From assembly GCF_006345805.1 (NCBI RefSeq), contig NC_042998.1, forward strand, positions 58,652,001 through 58,716,000: a DNA stretch of 64,000 bases. Reading direction: 5' to 3'. This DNA is from Octopus sinensis (lineage: Eukaryota). Below are positions 51,740-63,416 of the stretch, piece after piece. The position numbers were made by a program, and so were the translations under genes. The notes under the pieces are model-generated. The model had not been told where the DNA came from and did not search any database. It saw only the letters and a program-made list of their open reading frames with translations. Numbering within the stretch: position 1 is the first letter of the stretch; each line of letters begins with the position of its first letter.

Positions 51740-54374
51740 ATATATATATATATATATATATATTAAGGTATGTAGAAAAATACAACATGGACAAGAACGT
51801 ATAACTCTTAGAAGACGATACAATAAACACGGACAAGACATTCGAAACCCTCAGTCTTCAGTCAAGAACCGGATCATCGTAGTAATTTCGGCTGATTAAT
51901 CTTGAGATTACTAGATCACGGCCAGCCCTCCAAGAAAAACCAAGCAACGAGCATTAGAAAAACTAAGCTGGGAGCGTAGATTTCCTGGAAGAAGGATCGA
52001 ATGCATACGGACACCAGGACAGCAAAAGGGACGAATATAAAAAAAAACAATGGAATACAGAAACATGAAATACAGAAGCATTAACGGTGAAAACAAGTGT
52101 CTTACGACTGATAACAAGCAAACAAACTTTTTCTCTGGCGCAAGGAAAGGAGCCTTATCGGCGATGCCTATAGCGGCGGACGAAAAACAACGATGTTAAC
52201 ACGACGCTGGTCAGAAGCTGAAAGGCAGATTTCGGCCAGCAGTCACGTGACAGAGAAGAGAGAAAAGAAAAGAGAAGCAACGGAAGAGAGAGAAAGAAGG
52301 AATCAGAGAGGAGAAGGGATGGGTGTCGAAGAGCGACCTGTGAGTGCAGAGCGAGACAAAGAAATAGGAGGGTAGTGGAAGATTAGACCAAAGAATCAGA
52401 GGAAAGAGAAGAGAAAAAGAGGATGAGTAGAGAGAGAAGGGGACAGATCAAGTAAAAGTGAGAGAGAGAGAGAGACAAACAAAGAGTCGTACCAGTTATT
52501 AAGAGTATATATATATATGTATATATATACACACACAAATTCATTAACATAAGCAGTTCAGCTAAAAGTGAAGTGTAATTAAAGAAATAAGGAAAAATAC
52601 TATCACTTCATGTATTTGGTGAACAAATACCATCACTTTACATATATTGTCTCTGAGACATTGCCCAAATGAAAATGTAAAAAAAAAAATACTATAGAGC
52701 GGACGTGGCATATGAGTTAATCTTTACCATTTGATTTAATTTTTTTTCAGTCAAAGAACAATAAAGATCTTTCCAAATTTTCAAATAGTCTCCACTTATT
52801 TGCCGAAGCTGTTCTGTTTTTCATATTTTTTATTCTATTTTTTTTTATATATTCAGAAGTTCATTGTCTCATAATGTTTTACTAATCATAAATTCATGAT
52901 TTACTCGGCATCACACCGTCATAACAAATTTTGATGCTAATTCAGCGTGCAGTCTACCACAATATCTCTGGTATGCAGTGAAATGATCCTGATCTGGGTT
53001 AGGATTCAGACCACTGAAATTACAGATTGAAGATGTAGAAGTCCATGTTAGTGTCTTACATTTAGACAAGAAATGTTGCTCTCCATGAACTTCTGGGGTG
53101 ATTCATATCAGCGTAGTTTTTTGAAGTGATAAATATAATCTAATTTTCTTGTTATTATGGAATTTTTATTTACTTCTAATTATCAACTTTCATCGGGTAA
53201 CTTTCTCAACTGATAGCTTGGGTGTTCTTTCTCTCTCCCCTAAGTATGTATAGTAGGAATATTCAGTAATTGCCCGATGTTGCAGTTCACTAGAATATTG
53301 CCCATGTGATCAACAAAGTCAAACCGGTTCTGACTTTGTGTTGAATAAGCTCCAGCAACGATCTCTCTTGAGCCTATCAGTCGGTATAAAATTTGACACA
53401 CCATCACTACTAGACAGAGAGCATTGACAGACACTAGGAGTTGGCCAACAGAGATGACAGCCAGTTGCTGACACCACAAATGCAATGAACAGTGGGAGGA
53501 TGAACATTAGAAATCAGTAGCTAGCAAGTAACTAACAACTCTTTTTCTGTTGAATAATCTCCCTTGCAAGAAGGATTATAGAGTAACCTCCCTTTACTAA
53601 GTTAAACTAAGCATCTGTGTCATGAGACATGATTCTTAATTATTCAAGAAGCTTAGTGTTTCTCTTGGATGTTTCTAGAATGTCTAGCATTCCATTAATA
53701 AAAATAGCTTGCTTACCCTGCTCTTTGCTTCTTAGTCGATAAGACTTAAAGCCATTCACGTCATTGCTATTTCTGAACTTTCTTGCATAGATTACTTCAT
53801 TCAACTACATTCAACATATTAATTCTATGTATTACATAAATTGGTGACCCCACAAATAAACAAAAATTAGTGACTAACCGACATGGATCCCGAATTTAAC
53901 CTTGAAGAATAATCACCATATAAACTGATGACCAACCAAAGTGAAATATAAGCAGAAATATATGCGACCAACTTTGGACTATTTTGTAGAAAAAAAAAAA
54001 AATCGTCCAGCTACCTAATCCCTGAAGCTATGCTCCCTGTTGAGTAAAACATTACTGTATAGCTCCTTCAGAGGAACTACATTTCATCTTGTATTTGGAC
54101 CATATTTGTTCAGTCATTACCTGACATTCATGACCATGACTGGATTGGTATGAAAACTGAAATGGAAATAACAAGTTTGGGTTCTTTTCATCAACCTCTC
54201 CCCTTTTGAGGATTGAATACTGGAGTTGTCACATGACTGCTAGTACCTGCAATCTCAGCATTCAGTTCAGACTCCTACCTTCTACCTGTTGTGATTACAA
54301 TTCCAAGATGCTTAAACTCCTCCACTTGTCTCAATGATGTTCCACTAACTTGGGGTTACAACTACTTACATTTG

Positions 54375-54872
54375 TTACGCTCATATATTTGTTGTGCAAG
54401 ATTTTTTATGTGAAATCCTGTGTTGAAACAGATATTGTTGTATTTCGGAATGGTCATTTTGCCAGTTTAGCCAATAAAAACACACGTACTGTATATTTGG
54501 TGTTACTTTGCTTCAGTGTTATTTATTTTTTACATTAATCTTAATCTTATTTCGGCCAGAGTTCTTTCATCACACTCCTGTGACACACCCACTAACTAAA
54601 CATAGATGCACATAGAGATATAAGCATGCACAAATGAAGACACATACAATAGAAATATAAAATGGCTGACGGTTAGTAAGGAGAGACACAAAGAAGAAAG
54701 TAAAGGACCACTGATGCGGTCACAGGAGTGTGACGAAAGAACTCTGGCTGAAATAAGATTAAGATTAATGTAAAAAATAAATAACACTGAAGCAAAGTAA
54801 CACCAAATATATAGTACGTGTGTTTTTATTGGCTAAACTGGTAAAATGACCATTCCGAAATACAACAAATAT
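54375..54872. mobile_element. Fold-back copy of the Penelope pLTR seen at 5390-5681
   Basis: Inverted arms ~54435-54585 and ~54718-54868; 9 bp direct repeat ttacatttg at 54366-54374 and 54873-54881. Confidence 0.8.
54708..54747 (+). ncRNA. Minimal HHR-like motif with variant core (CUGAUGC)
   Basis: CCA CTGATGC G GTCACA GGAG TGTGAC GAA AGAACT C TGG, same as 5521. Confidence 0.6.
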
Positions 54873-55093
54873 TTACATTTGGTTTTTGTTAAATAATTAA
54901 TCACAACGTTTGTAAGGCCTTCCCAGACTAGTTGCATTTAAACTACTGTTGGATATAAAACCTTTTTAAACTCATGCCAGCATGCAAACCAGACAGGATA
55001 TCAAAACAGATTTGAGATAGATATACTTCAGAAATGTAACCACATGTAGACAGTTGGTGAATTTCCTTTTTCCTTCTTCTCTGGACTTTCTCC

Positions 55094-55127
55094 TTTCTGA
55101 TGAAGAGCCATGCTCAAAATGTTAAAA
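55094..55127 (+). ncRNA. Degenerate minimal HHR (older relative of the 58866 motif)
   Basis: TTT CTGATGA A GAGC CAT GCTC AAA ATGT T AAA; CpG-type decay of GAA and ACGT. Confidence 0.5.
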
Positions 55128-55247
55128 ACTCTCCTTTCAACGTACATCAAACTAATAATTCTTCTGCATGTCCTCATATGTTCGTTTTTTTTCTCTTTCT
55201 TTTGTTTTTTGATTTGTTTGTTCATTGAATTAGTTGTATGCATATAA

Positions 55248-55808
55248 TCTTTTTATATAAAATCCATTCTGTGTGTGTGTGTGTGTGTGTGTGTCTTCTC
55301 GGATCTCGGGCATCCTACATCCGATTGCGCTCAAATTTGATATGTAGATACCGACAGTATCAGGGCGTATATAAGTCTTGAAAAAATTACAAAAACCAAT
55401 TCCAGATGAGGATGCTATCGATAAAGCCATTCTTGTCCTGCTTTTCTTCCGTCAACCTGTACATAACTGCACCTTCCATTTTTTGTTGTTTTTGTACTGC
55501 TTAAAGGCACGTTTCTTTCCTGCCAAGCTTACTGTTCAAACCATGTTTGTGTTCTTCCAGTCAACAGCCTTATCATTACTGGTACTTTAAACTCTTCGGT
55601 TGCATATTTGTGTGAATAAAATCGTTTTTCTTTGGAATAGAAAAAAGTCTATCTTTATTTCTGATTTTGCTGGTGTCTCAAATTTAGGTTAAATCAGTGT
55701 TTCTCAAAGGGGAGGCCCATGGGATGGTCGGACAAGTTGTTTTGAGAAAATTTGGTTTAAATGTTTGACAACTTAGCACCGTCCGTTGGACGGTGGATGT
55801 TTTGCTCA
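55248..55808 (+). mobile_element. Non-autonomous Helitron-like element
   Basis: A|TCTTTTTATATAAA start; perfect subterminal hairpin caccgtcc-gtt-ggacggtg (55777-55795). Confidence 0.55.
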
Positions 55809-55832
55809 TGTGTGTGTGTATATGTATATATA

Positions 55833-55879
<47 letters not shown>

Positions 55880-55966
55880 AGCGTTTACGAAAAAGAAACA
55901 AAAGACGAAGATAGGTGGTGTACAAAACAAACAGATGTATTAGAATAACGCTCGGGAATTGAAAGT

Positions 55967-56002
55967 CTTTTACGTTTCGAGCCTATGCTCTTCTACAGAA
56001 AG
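55967..56002 (-). ncRNA. Minimal HHR-like motif, A6U core variant, in a ~190 bp insert within (TA)n
   Basis: Minus strand CTTT CTGTAGA A GAGC ATAG GCTC GAA ACGT A AAAG. Confidence 0.6.
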
Positions 56003-56062
56003 GGACACAGAAAAAACAAGGAGAGAAAAAAATGTGTGTAGTGGCTAATGATCTATCATGGC

Positions 56063-56104
<42 letters not shown>

Positions 56105-56159
56105 TGTAAATAGATATGTGAGAGAGACTGACTGACTTTCTTGGTAGATAGATATTTCT

Positions 56160-56657
56160 GTTCTATATTTAAGGGACGAGGAATTATGTACATTATTTGC
56201 ACTATTTACTTTTGATGGATATTTGTCCTCATCTTGTTAGTTGTTAACACGTTTTGGCTGGTATACCCTCCAGCCATCATTAGGTGTCTTGGGGAAATTT
56301 CAAACCTTGGTTCTCATTCCTAAGGTATTTTTCGATATTATTATTATTCAGGTCACTGCCTAGAATCAAACTCGGAATCTTGGAGTTAGTAGCCCGTGTT
56401 CTTAACCACTGCGCCATATGCCCGTGGGCTTATGGCATAGTGGTTAAGAGTGCAGGTTAAGAGTTCGATTCCAGGCAGTGACCTGAATTATAATAATAAT
56501 AACAACAATAATAATATTAAAAAATACCTTAGGAATGAGAACCCAGGTTTGAAATTTCCCCATGACACCTGATGAAGGCTAGAGGGTATACCAGTTGAAA
56601 CGTTGTGTTAGCAACTAACAAGATGAGAACAAATATCTGTCAAATGTAAATAATGCA
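56160..56657. mobile_element. Second copy of the tRNA-head/HHR fold-back element, with two divergent tRNA-like heads
   Basis: Arms match 1068-1545; tRNA-like heads 56346-56425 (-) and 56428-56487 (+) around a central gccc-gt-gggc inverted repeat. Confidence 0.8.
56564..56609 (+). ncRNA. Minimal type-I HHR motif
   Basis: GACAC CTGATGA A GGCTAG..CCAGTT GAA ACGT T GTGTT; intact core, weakened stem II. Confidence 0.65.
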
Positions 56658-56763
56658 AAGAATGTGTAATACCTCTATTTTTGAAATCAGTGAATGTATT
56701 TCACTTGAAATCTATATGTTTACATAGGTGAATAAGCATCGACAGCTAGCAAGCCATGCTACT

Positions 56764-56804
56764 CCAGACTGATGATGAGCAATGACTCTGAAACTGGTTT
56801 CTGG
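56764..56804 (+). ncRNA. Minimal type-I HHR motif (separate family)
   Basis: CCAGA CTGATGA TGAG CAATGA CTCT GAA ACTGGT T TCTGG; perfect 5 bp stem I. Confidence 0.65.
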
Positions 56805-57928
56805 TCTTGCTGGGTGGAGGTGCTTATCTTCCCTTTGAAAACATAAGGACACAGAAAATGTGTCATGACCAAATGGAAACGATGTTTCCTAGGGCTAAAT
56901 ATCAGTAACATTCTTCCTTTTCATGGGATTGCCACATTAAGTTGGCAACATACCATCACTTTATCGTGCTGCTACTGTATAAATCTCTCTTAGAGATTTA
57001 GAAATGTAATATTTCAACTGCTAAAGTGATTTTGAAATATTAAAAAAAAGACAAAAAAAAAGAAAGAAAAAAAAGAGCAGAGCCTGTTGTTTTCATTGGG
57101 TATATGACTAATCAAAAGAAGGACCAGGTGCCAATTTTTATTTTAAAACCAGCTCTAAGAGGTGCAATAGTTGCATTTTGTTACTGCCAGAACTGAGTTG
57201 TCAGAGAAAGCAATTAACTTCCAAATGGCCCAGTCAACCTAACTGTAAATAGTAAGTTTTAAATGGTGTATTCAGAAGAATTGCAGTGTTCATGACCTTT
57301 TCCTGTGGTTTCTAAGATGGTTGAGTGAAGTTATCCTCAGATTGGAGACTTTGTCTGAACGCTTCTAACTGATGGGACTTTCCTAAGGACATGAGGGAAA
57401 GGTGGTGATAAAAAACTGGATGAGGTTTTAAGTCTGCCACCAAAAACTTGGAATAGTCCTGCTGATTGTGTTTCATTTATTTTTTCCTTCTAGTTAGTTT
57501 ACTAAATTCCACCTTGATTCATCCAAGGCTTTTATAAAAAATACTTGCCCAAGTGCTTTGTATTAGAATCTGTCCCAAAGTCATATAATCATGTCTGATC
57601 TTTGGGCTGAAAAGATCTCATTTGTTAAAGTAGAGAGAGAGAGAGAGTGCTGTATAATTGAGTCCTGTTTGTACATAGTACTCTAGTCATACTATTTGGA
57701 TAAAGAGGATCTTTGCAAAGTTCATCTGTTTTAGATATCTTTTATAAAGATAACCTAAATATTGTCTCTGTAACCTAGTTTATGCTGGTGCTATTCACAA
57801 CCATTCCCTTAGGAATGTAATGTCTTAGATTGTTTCAATATCAGCTATTGCCCTATTGACCTCTATTTTATTTTCTCACTTTTAATATGAAAATTTAAAA
57901 ATCTGTTTGCATTTTTTTTACTTTTCAG

Positions 57929-58070
57929 ATTAACTCCTGAACTCTTGGCCACAAGTGATGTGGCTGATTCAAGATTTGATTGTGTTGTACTTGTGACAAA
58001 CTGCATAAAAAATCTTGACGGCAATCCTGGTTTTTCGAGTTTGAAAGAGACCTTGACCGAATACAGCCAA
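57929..58070 (+). CDS. M17 aminopeptidase-like gene, exon 2
   Basis: ttttcag acceptor, gtaagt donor; (R)LTPELLATSDVADSRFDCVVLVTNCIKNLDGNPGFSSLKETLTEYSQ. Confidence 0.85.
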
Positions 58071-58601
58071 GTAAGTTATAATCTTTCAAATTTCTTTTAA
58101 CTCAAAATAATTTTGGCTGTTTCTTATATATCCATATAAACATGTAAATCTTTGTAATTCCTATTAGCAAATGAAAGAAGTGTAATGGAGAAAAATACCA
58201 AAAAGTATCCACTTTTCTGTTTATATATGCACGTGTGCATGCACACACATAAAGAGGGGGTGAAATATATATATGTGTGTTAATATAGGTGTGCTATGTT
58301 ACTTTGATATAGTCCTGATTTCATTTAAATTGGTGTAGGTTAGAGAAGGTTCCAAATCTGAGAAATTACACTGTTAGTCCTGGTTCCATGCTAAAAGAAA
58401 TATCTGGCCCATAATGTTATAGTTTGTGATAGATTCGAATTGAAGAGCATTCGTTCATAGCAAATCAAGACACTGTAAATGTAAAGATTGCGACACACTG
58501 AACGAAATGCTAATCTTTGACATGTTCAGCCGTTGTTGTGACCAAGCAACTCGACATGGTTTTTTTTCTTTAATTTTTGTTTGAAGAATTATATTTTTAA
58601 T

Positions 58602-59178
58602 GAGGCGCAGGAGTGGCTGTGTGGTAAGTAGCTTGCTTCCCAACCACATGGTTCTGGGTTCAGTCCCACTGCATGGCACCTTGGGCAAGTGTCTTCTGCT
58701 ATAGCCGATCAAAGCCTTGTGAGTTTGGTAGAAGGAAACTGAAAGAAGCCCGTCATATATATGTATGTATGTATATATATATATAGTTAATCCAAACATG
58801 AAAACACAACAACGCGAGGACGTGGAACAAGTATAGTATTATTGGACGCTAAGAAAAGAAGGAGGGTTTAACGTTTCGAGCGGAGCTCTTCGTCAGAAAC
58901 ATAGGAAAAGGAAAGATCCAAAGAAGGGAAGACGGAGGAAAAAAAATCGCCAACAGTACACATGCGGTCAGTGTGTGTGTCTGTATTTGTCCCCACAACA
59001 TCGCTTGACAACTGATGCTGGTGTGTTTACGTCCCTGTAACTTAGTGGTTCGGCAAAAGAGACCAATAGAATAAGTATTAGTCTTACAAAGAACAAGTCC
59101 TGGGGGTCGATTTGCTCGACTAAAGGCAGTGCTCCAGCATGGCCGCAGTCAAATGACTGAAACAAATAAAAGAATAAA
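58602..59178 (+). mobile_element. SINE family A with an HHR-bearing insert (~58787-58969) in its central microsatellite
   Basis: Head 58602-58785 and body 58970-59178 match other copies; the insert is absent from them. Confidence 0.85.
58866..58900 (-). ncRNA. Canonical-core minimal type-I hammerhead ribozyme
   Basis: Minus strand GTTT CTGACGA A GAGC TCC GCTC GAA ACGT T AAAC: perfect stems I and II, palindromic ACGU stem III. Confidence 0.75.
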
Positions 59179-59202
59179 ATGTTAATTTTTGTATTTTTGC
59201 AG

Positions 59203-59262
59203 GTTGGAGACCTGAAAGAATTGACAGTTCTTCATTGCAGTGCCTTACCATCAAAACGTTTG
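59203..59262 (+). CDS. M17 aminopeptidase-like gene, exon 3
   Basis: tttgcag / gtaagt; VGDLKELTVLHCSALPSKRL, phase 0-0. Confidence 0.88.
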
Positions 59263-59377
59263 GTAAGTTGTCATTTTTCTTGCTGTTATAATTACTGCTA
59301 ATTGTAGTTTTGTAATTGGTTTGATTATTCTGATGTCTATTTACCTGTAATATTTTCTAAAATGTTTACTTGTTTAG

Positions 59378-59460
59378 ATCTGGAGTCCAACTGGTCCCAT
59401 TAATAGAGATTATGATGATGTGAGGAGATGGAGTGACGCAGCAGAAAAAGGCATCAAAAA
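59378..59460 (+). CDS. M17 aminopeptidase-like gene, exon 4
   Basis: tttag / gtaaaa; IWSPTGPINRDYDDVRRWSDAAEKGIK, the SPTGPxNRDYDDVR motif of W07G4.4/dipeptidase-B-like M17 proteins. Confidence 0.9.
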
Positions 59461-60116
59461 GTAAAATTTTTTTATTATTTTGTAGGGCAGGGGAAAAGCA
59501 GAATTGGTAGTATCCCATATAATGCTTTGCAGTATTTAGTCATGCCCCTTTATGTTGCAAGTTCAAATCATACCAGGGTCAGTTTTGTGATCAAGCCTTC
59601 CAGACTTAATAAAATAAAGACTAATCAAATAATTGTATTGATCTAATTGACTATATATTATCACCATCAACTCTAGGACATTTTAGTGTTGAGACTCATA
59701 TGGCCCAGTCATCTGGTTTCCATGTTGTGCAAGTGACCATCATCATCATCGTTTAATGTCCGCTTTCCATGCTAGCATAGGTTGGACGATTTTGATTGAG
59801 GGCTGGCGAACCAGATGGCTGCACCAGGCTCCAATCTTGATCTGGCAGAGTTTCTACAGCTGGATGCCCTTCTTAACGCCAACCACTCCAAGAGTGTAGT
59901 TGACCAAGATCACAATATTTTCTCTCAATGGACTGCTGGTTCTTTGCAGGGTTACTTGTTTAAAGCTGAATGGACCAGAATAATTTGAAATTACGTGTTT
60001 TACTCAAGAACACAGTTCTTTATCCAGTCCTGGAATTGAAACCATAATCTTGTGATTGTGAGTGCAACACTCTAACCACTTGGCCATATGACTTCACATT
60101 GACTGTACTCCTCCTA

Positions 60117-60327
60117 TGAGCGTTGTTGAAAAGTTCCTGGTTTGAAGGCTATTGTGAAAAGCCTGGTTGGAGGCCCAACCTTCCGAGTTCTTTTACAGGG
60201 CTTAGAAAAACTGAAGGACTGCTGCAGTAAGTGTGTTAATCTGAGAGGGGAATATATTGAATAAAATAATTAACCAATCCTCTTGTATTTTTTTTACCCA
60301 AAGCCAAGAACTTTTCAGCATCCCTTG
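60117..60327. mobile_element. Mariner-derived MITE
   Basis: TA-flanked imperfect TIRs (tgaaaagttcctggttt / aaagccaagaacttttca). Confidence 0.7.
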
Positions 60328-60375
60328 TATGCAGTTGTAGTGTTGCGTCAATGTAAGAAATGACACAAAGTAATT

Positions 60376-60855
60376 TGTTAAGTTAAGTTAAGTTAATTTT
60401 TTGGCTCAAAAAGCAAAAAGCAAGGCCATGTAGGGGGACATGGAGTTATGTACAGGGTGGTGTTCATGCAAAGAGTTCAGACCATTTCTGGTCAAGGGAG
60501 ACTTTGAACCGAGCGGTGTCGGCATCTTCACTATCTTGTCCGGCAGCTTCTTCCACGGATCCGCAACCCGGATGGAGAAAGCCCCTGTCCTTCGATTGAG
60601 ATGAAATCGTCGCAGATAGAGCTTTTCGGAGTGACCCTGCAGCTGACGCTCTGGAGCAGGAGTGAAGAACAGCTCTTCCGAGAGGTTACACTTTCCGCTT
60701 ATGATGTTGTGAGCAAGAATGAAATCATCACGGTGTCGTCGTTTTTCTAGAGAACAAAGGTCGAGCGTCTTCAGCCTTTCTTCATAAGACAAATGTTTGA
60801 GACCAAGAACCATGCGGGTAGCCAGCTTCTGGACTCTTTCGAGATGATGTATGTC
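60376..60855 (-). mobile_element. CR1-like LINE 3' fragment with (AACTT)n tail
   Basis: LKHLSYEERLKTLDLCSLEKRRHRDDFILAHNII...FSIRVADPWKKLP. Confidence 0.85.
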
Positions 60856-61445
60856 TTCTGAACAATTTGTTTTCTAAACAATTCTAGTTTTGTGTCAATC
60901 GACTTCCATTATTTGGATTCTCTCAGTACTACTTTAGCTATTAGCATAGTGAAAACAATGCTTCACTGATGAGGTTATAATTTAATTTTTATATTAAGAA
61001 CAAGACCAGCAATTTTGAAGGGAGGGGATTAGTCAGTTATATGGCTTCTTGTGCTCCTACTTCGATTCTGGATGGATAACAGGCAAAGTTGATCTTGGTA
61101 GATTTGAACTTCAAATATATCTTTACTGCAAGATGTTTTTCCTGACAACCTAATGATTTTTCCTGCTTGCCACTTTTAATTTCTAATTTAGGCACAAGGC
61201 CAAAAATTTTTGGGGAAGGGATTAACTAATCAAATCAATTCCAGTGCTTGAACAAATATTACCAGGTATTTTTTTCCCGATGTCCTGACCTTGTGAATCA
61301 ATCTACCTTTCCTGACAAGGTCATATTAAGATGACGAGAGTTGTCTCCCGTACCTGCTGAAATCAATGAATCCATGACTAATTGATTTTCACTGAATGAA
61401 ACATTCCTTGTTGGATTTCTATTTTTTAAATGTTCTTTGTCTTAA

Positions 61446-61667
61446 CCCTTTAGCATTCAGATTACTCCATCTAATTCAATGCTTATTCATTCAAATTAAA
61501 AAAAAAATTAAACGTGCATTATCTTGTAGCTTATAAATTCCAATAATGTGGTTGCATATTTTTGGAATGACATTGTGGGGTAGATGTGAGATGCCACATC
61601 TGGTCAGTTTGAACATAAATCATGTAGACTATTTAGGCTGGATATGGCCAGTTTAAATGCTAAATGG
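61446..61667. mobile_element. piggyBac-like MITE
   Basis: TTAA|ccctttagcatt ... aatgctaaatgg|TTAA. Confidence 0.7.
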
Positions 61668-61874
61668 TTAAACTTTAGCACTAACTTAACTTTTGTTTTT
61701 CAATGCAGATGACGTCTAACAGTTATTTATCCTCTAAACTATTTTATCTTTTAACTGTTATCACAGCCTGTTGTGCCATTATTTAATCTTTTGAAGTTAT
61801 TCTTTTGCTTGTTACAGCCTGTTAACCAGCTGTAGCTATATTGGGGTACATTACCATCATTTATTTATTAAGTT

Positions 61875-62203
61875 ATGTAGCTCAGGGGTTAGTGTCGTGC
61901 TCACAATCATGAGGTAGTGAGTTTGATTTCCGGACCGAGCTGTGTGTTGTGTTTTTGAGCTGGACACCTTATTTCACATCAATCCATTTCAATCCGCTGT
62001 AGAAATAAGTTGCGACGTCACTGATGCCAAGCTGTATTGGCTTTTGCCTCTCCCTTGGGATAATGCCAGAAGCACGGAGAGGGGAGGCTGGTACGTATGG
62101 GTGATTGCTGGTCTTCCATAAACAACCTTGCCTGGACTTGTGCCTTGGCGGGGAATTTTCTAGGTGCAATTTCATGGTCATTCATGACTGAAAGGGCTCC
62201 TTT
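61875..62203 (+). mobile_element. tRNA-derived SINE family C
   Basis: Similar to 43716-44050. Confidence 0.85.
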
Positions 62204-63416
62204 ATATGTATATTACAGTTGTTGTGTTTTGAATTACATGTATCTATTGGAAAGCTTCAGGTACACCTTCATATAGAGATCTGAAGGAAAATATAGATCT
62301 GGAGTGATTTCACATGCTCTTTTCCTTTGAAATGATCCAACCTCAATACTATATTGTCAAACGAGCAGTAATATATTTTTACATTAAATAGTCTGGCATC
62401 CTGCAAGCTAGGAAGTGAACCCTATGGTCACTCTACATATAGAAATAGTAGCCAAAATTTACTTTTATTTTAGCTGTGACCATCCAATGTTTTATATATC
62501 TAAGGTTACAATGTCCTGTGACCCTTTCTTTGGATTGTAGGGAGTAATTTGAAGGAATTTAGCTGTTATTTCTAACAGATCAAGTGACTACATAGAGGCT
62601 TCCTTATTAACTCCTCTAATTATTATGATCGTAATGCGTTTTAGAAATTGATTTTGTGTATTAATATTGTATTTGATATACGAATAGACGGGATGATTAT
62701 GTACGGAAAACTTGATCATAAGTATTTGTAATTGAAGTTGATTTGAGACTAGTATATGCTTGTACCTTATTCATCCCCAAGAGTCTTCCAGTTGCATCCT
62801 CTTTTATCCTTACACCCACATTCCCACTCCTCTGTGATCATCATAATATTAGATGAGCTAATAAGGGTCATTTATTATGTTAGAAATAGCAGCCAAATTC
62901 CTTCAAATTACTCCCTTCCATCTAAAGAAAGTGTCACTGGACATTGTAATCCTAGATATGCAAAACGTTGGGTGGTCACAGCTAAGATACATTTGATCAG
63001 AGGTCAGCTTCTTTAAATTTAGCTTTTAAATCAGGTGGGAAGGCAGTGCTCATAACCATTTCTAGAGTCTTTTTTTTACTGGTGGAAAGATAGGAGGATG
63101 ATCTATTCAAAGTAGAAGTCTGACCTGAATACTTGCTACTGACCAGACACTGTTAAAGGTACCCAATGTGCCAGGTAGTATTAATAAGTTAGGCTACGGA
63201 TTGTCTCCCACCTTTGTTGGCCTTTACAGATACCAGTCCACCACTCTGGATTGATACTTTCTTTTCTTAAAAAGGATGAAAGGCAAAGTGACCATGGCAG
63301 GATTTGAACTCAGTGCATAAACGACAAAGTATTATAATGAATATATACAGTGCTTATCAAATTTAAAATATATATTCTATGATTATTTAATGAATTTTTA
63401 AAAACTTTCTTTCAAG

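Noticed and set aside
51840-51895. Minus-strand GAAA...CTGAAGA arrangement suggesting a type-II HHR
   Set aside because: Stems I and III cannot be formed convincingly
52975-53020. Possible C/D-box snoRNA or extra exon in intron 1
   Set aside because: No canonical RUGAUGA box C, and exons 1 and 2 already join in phase
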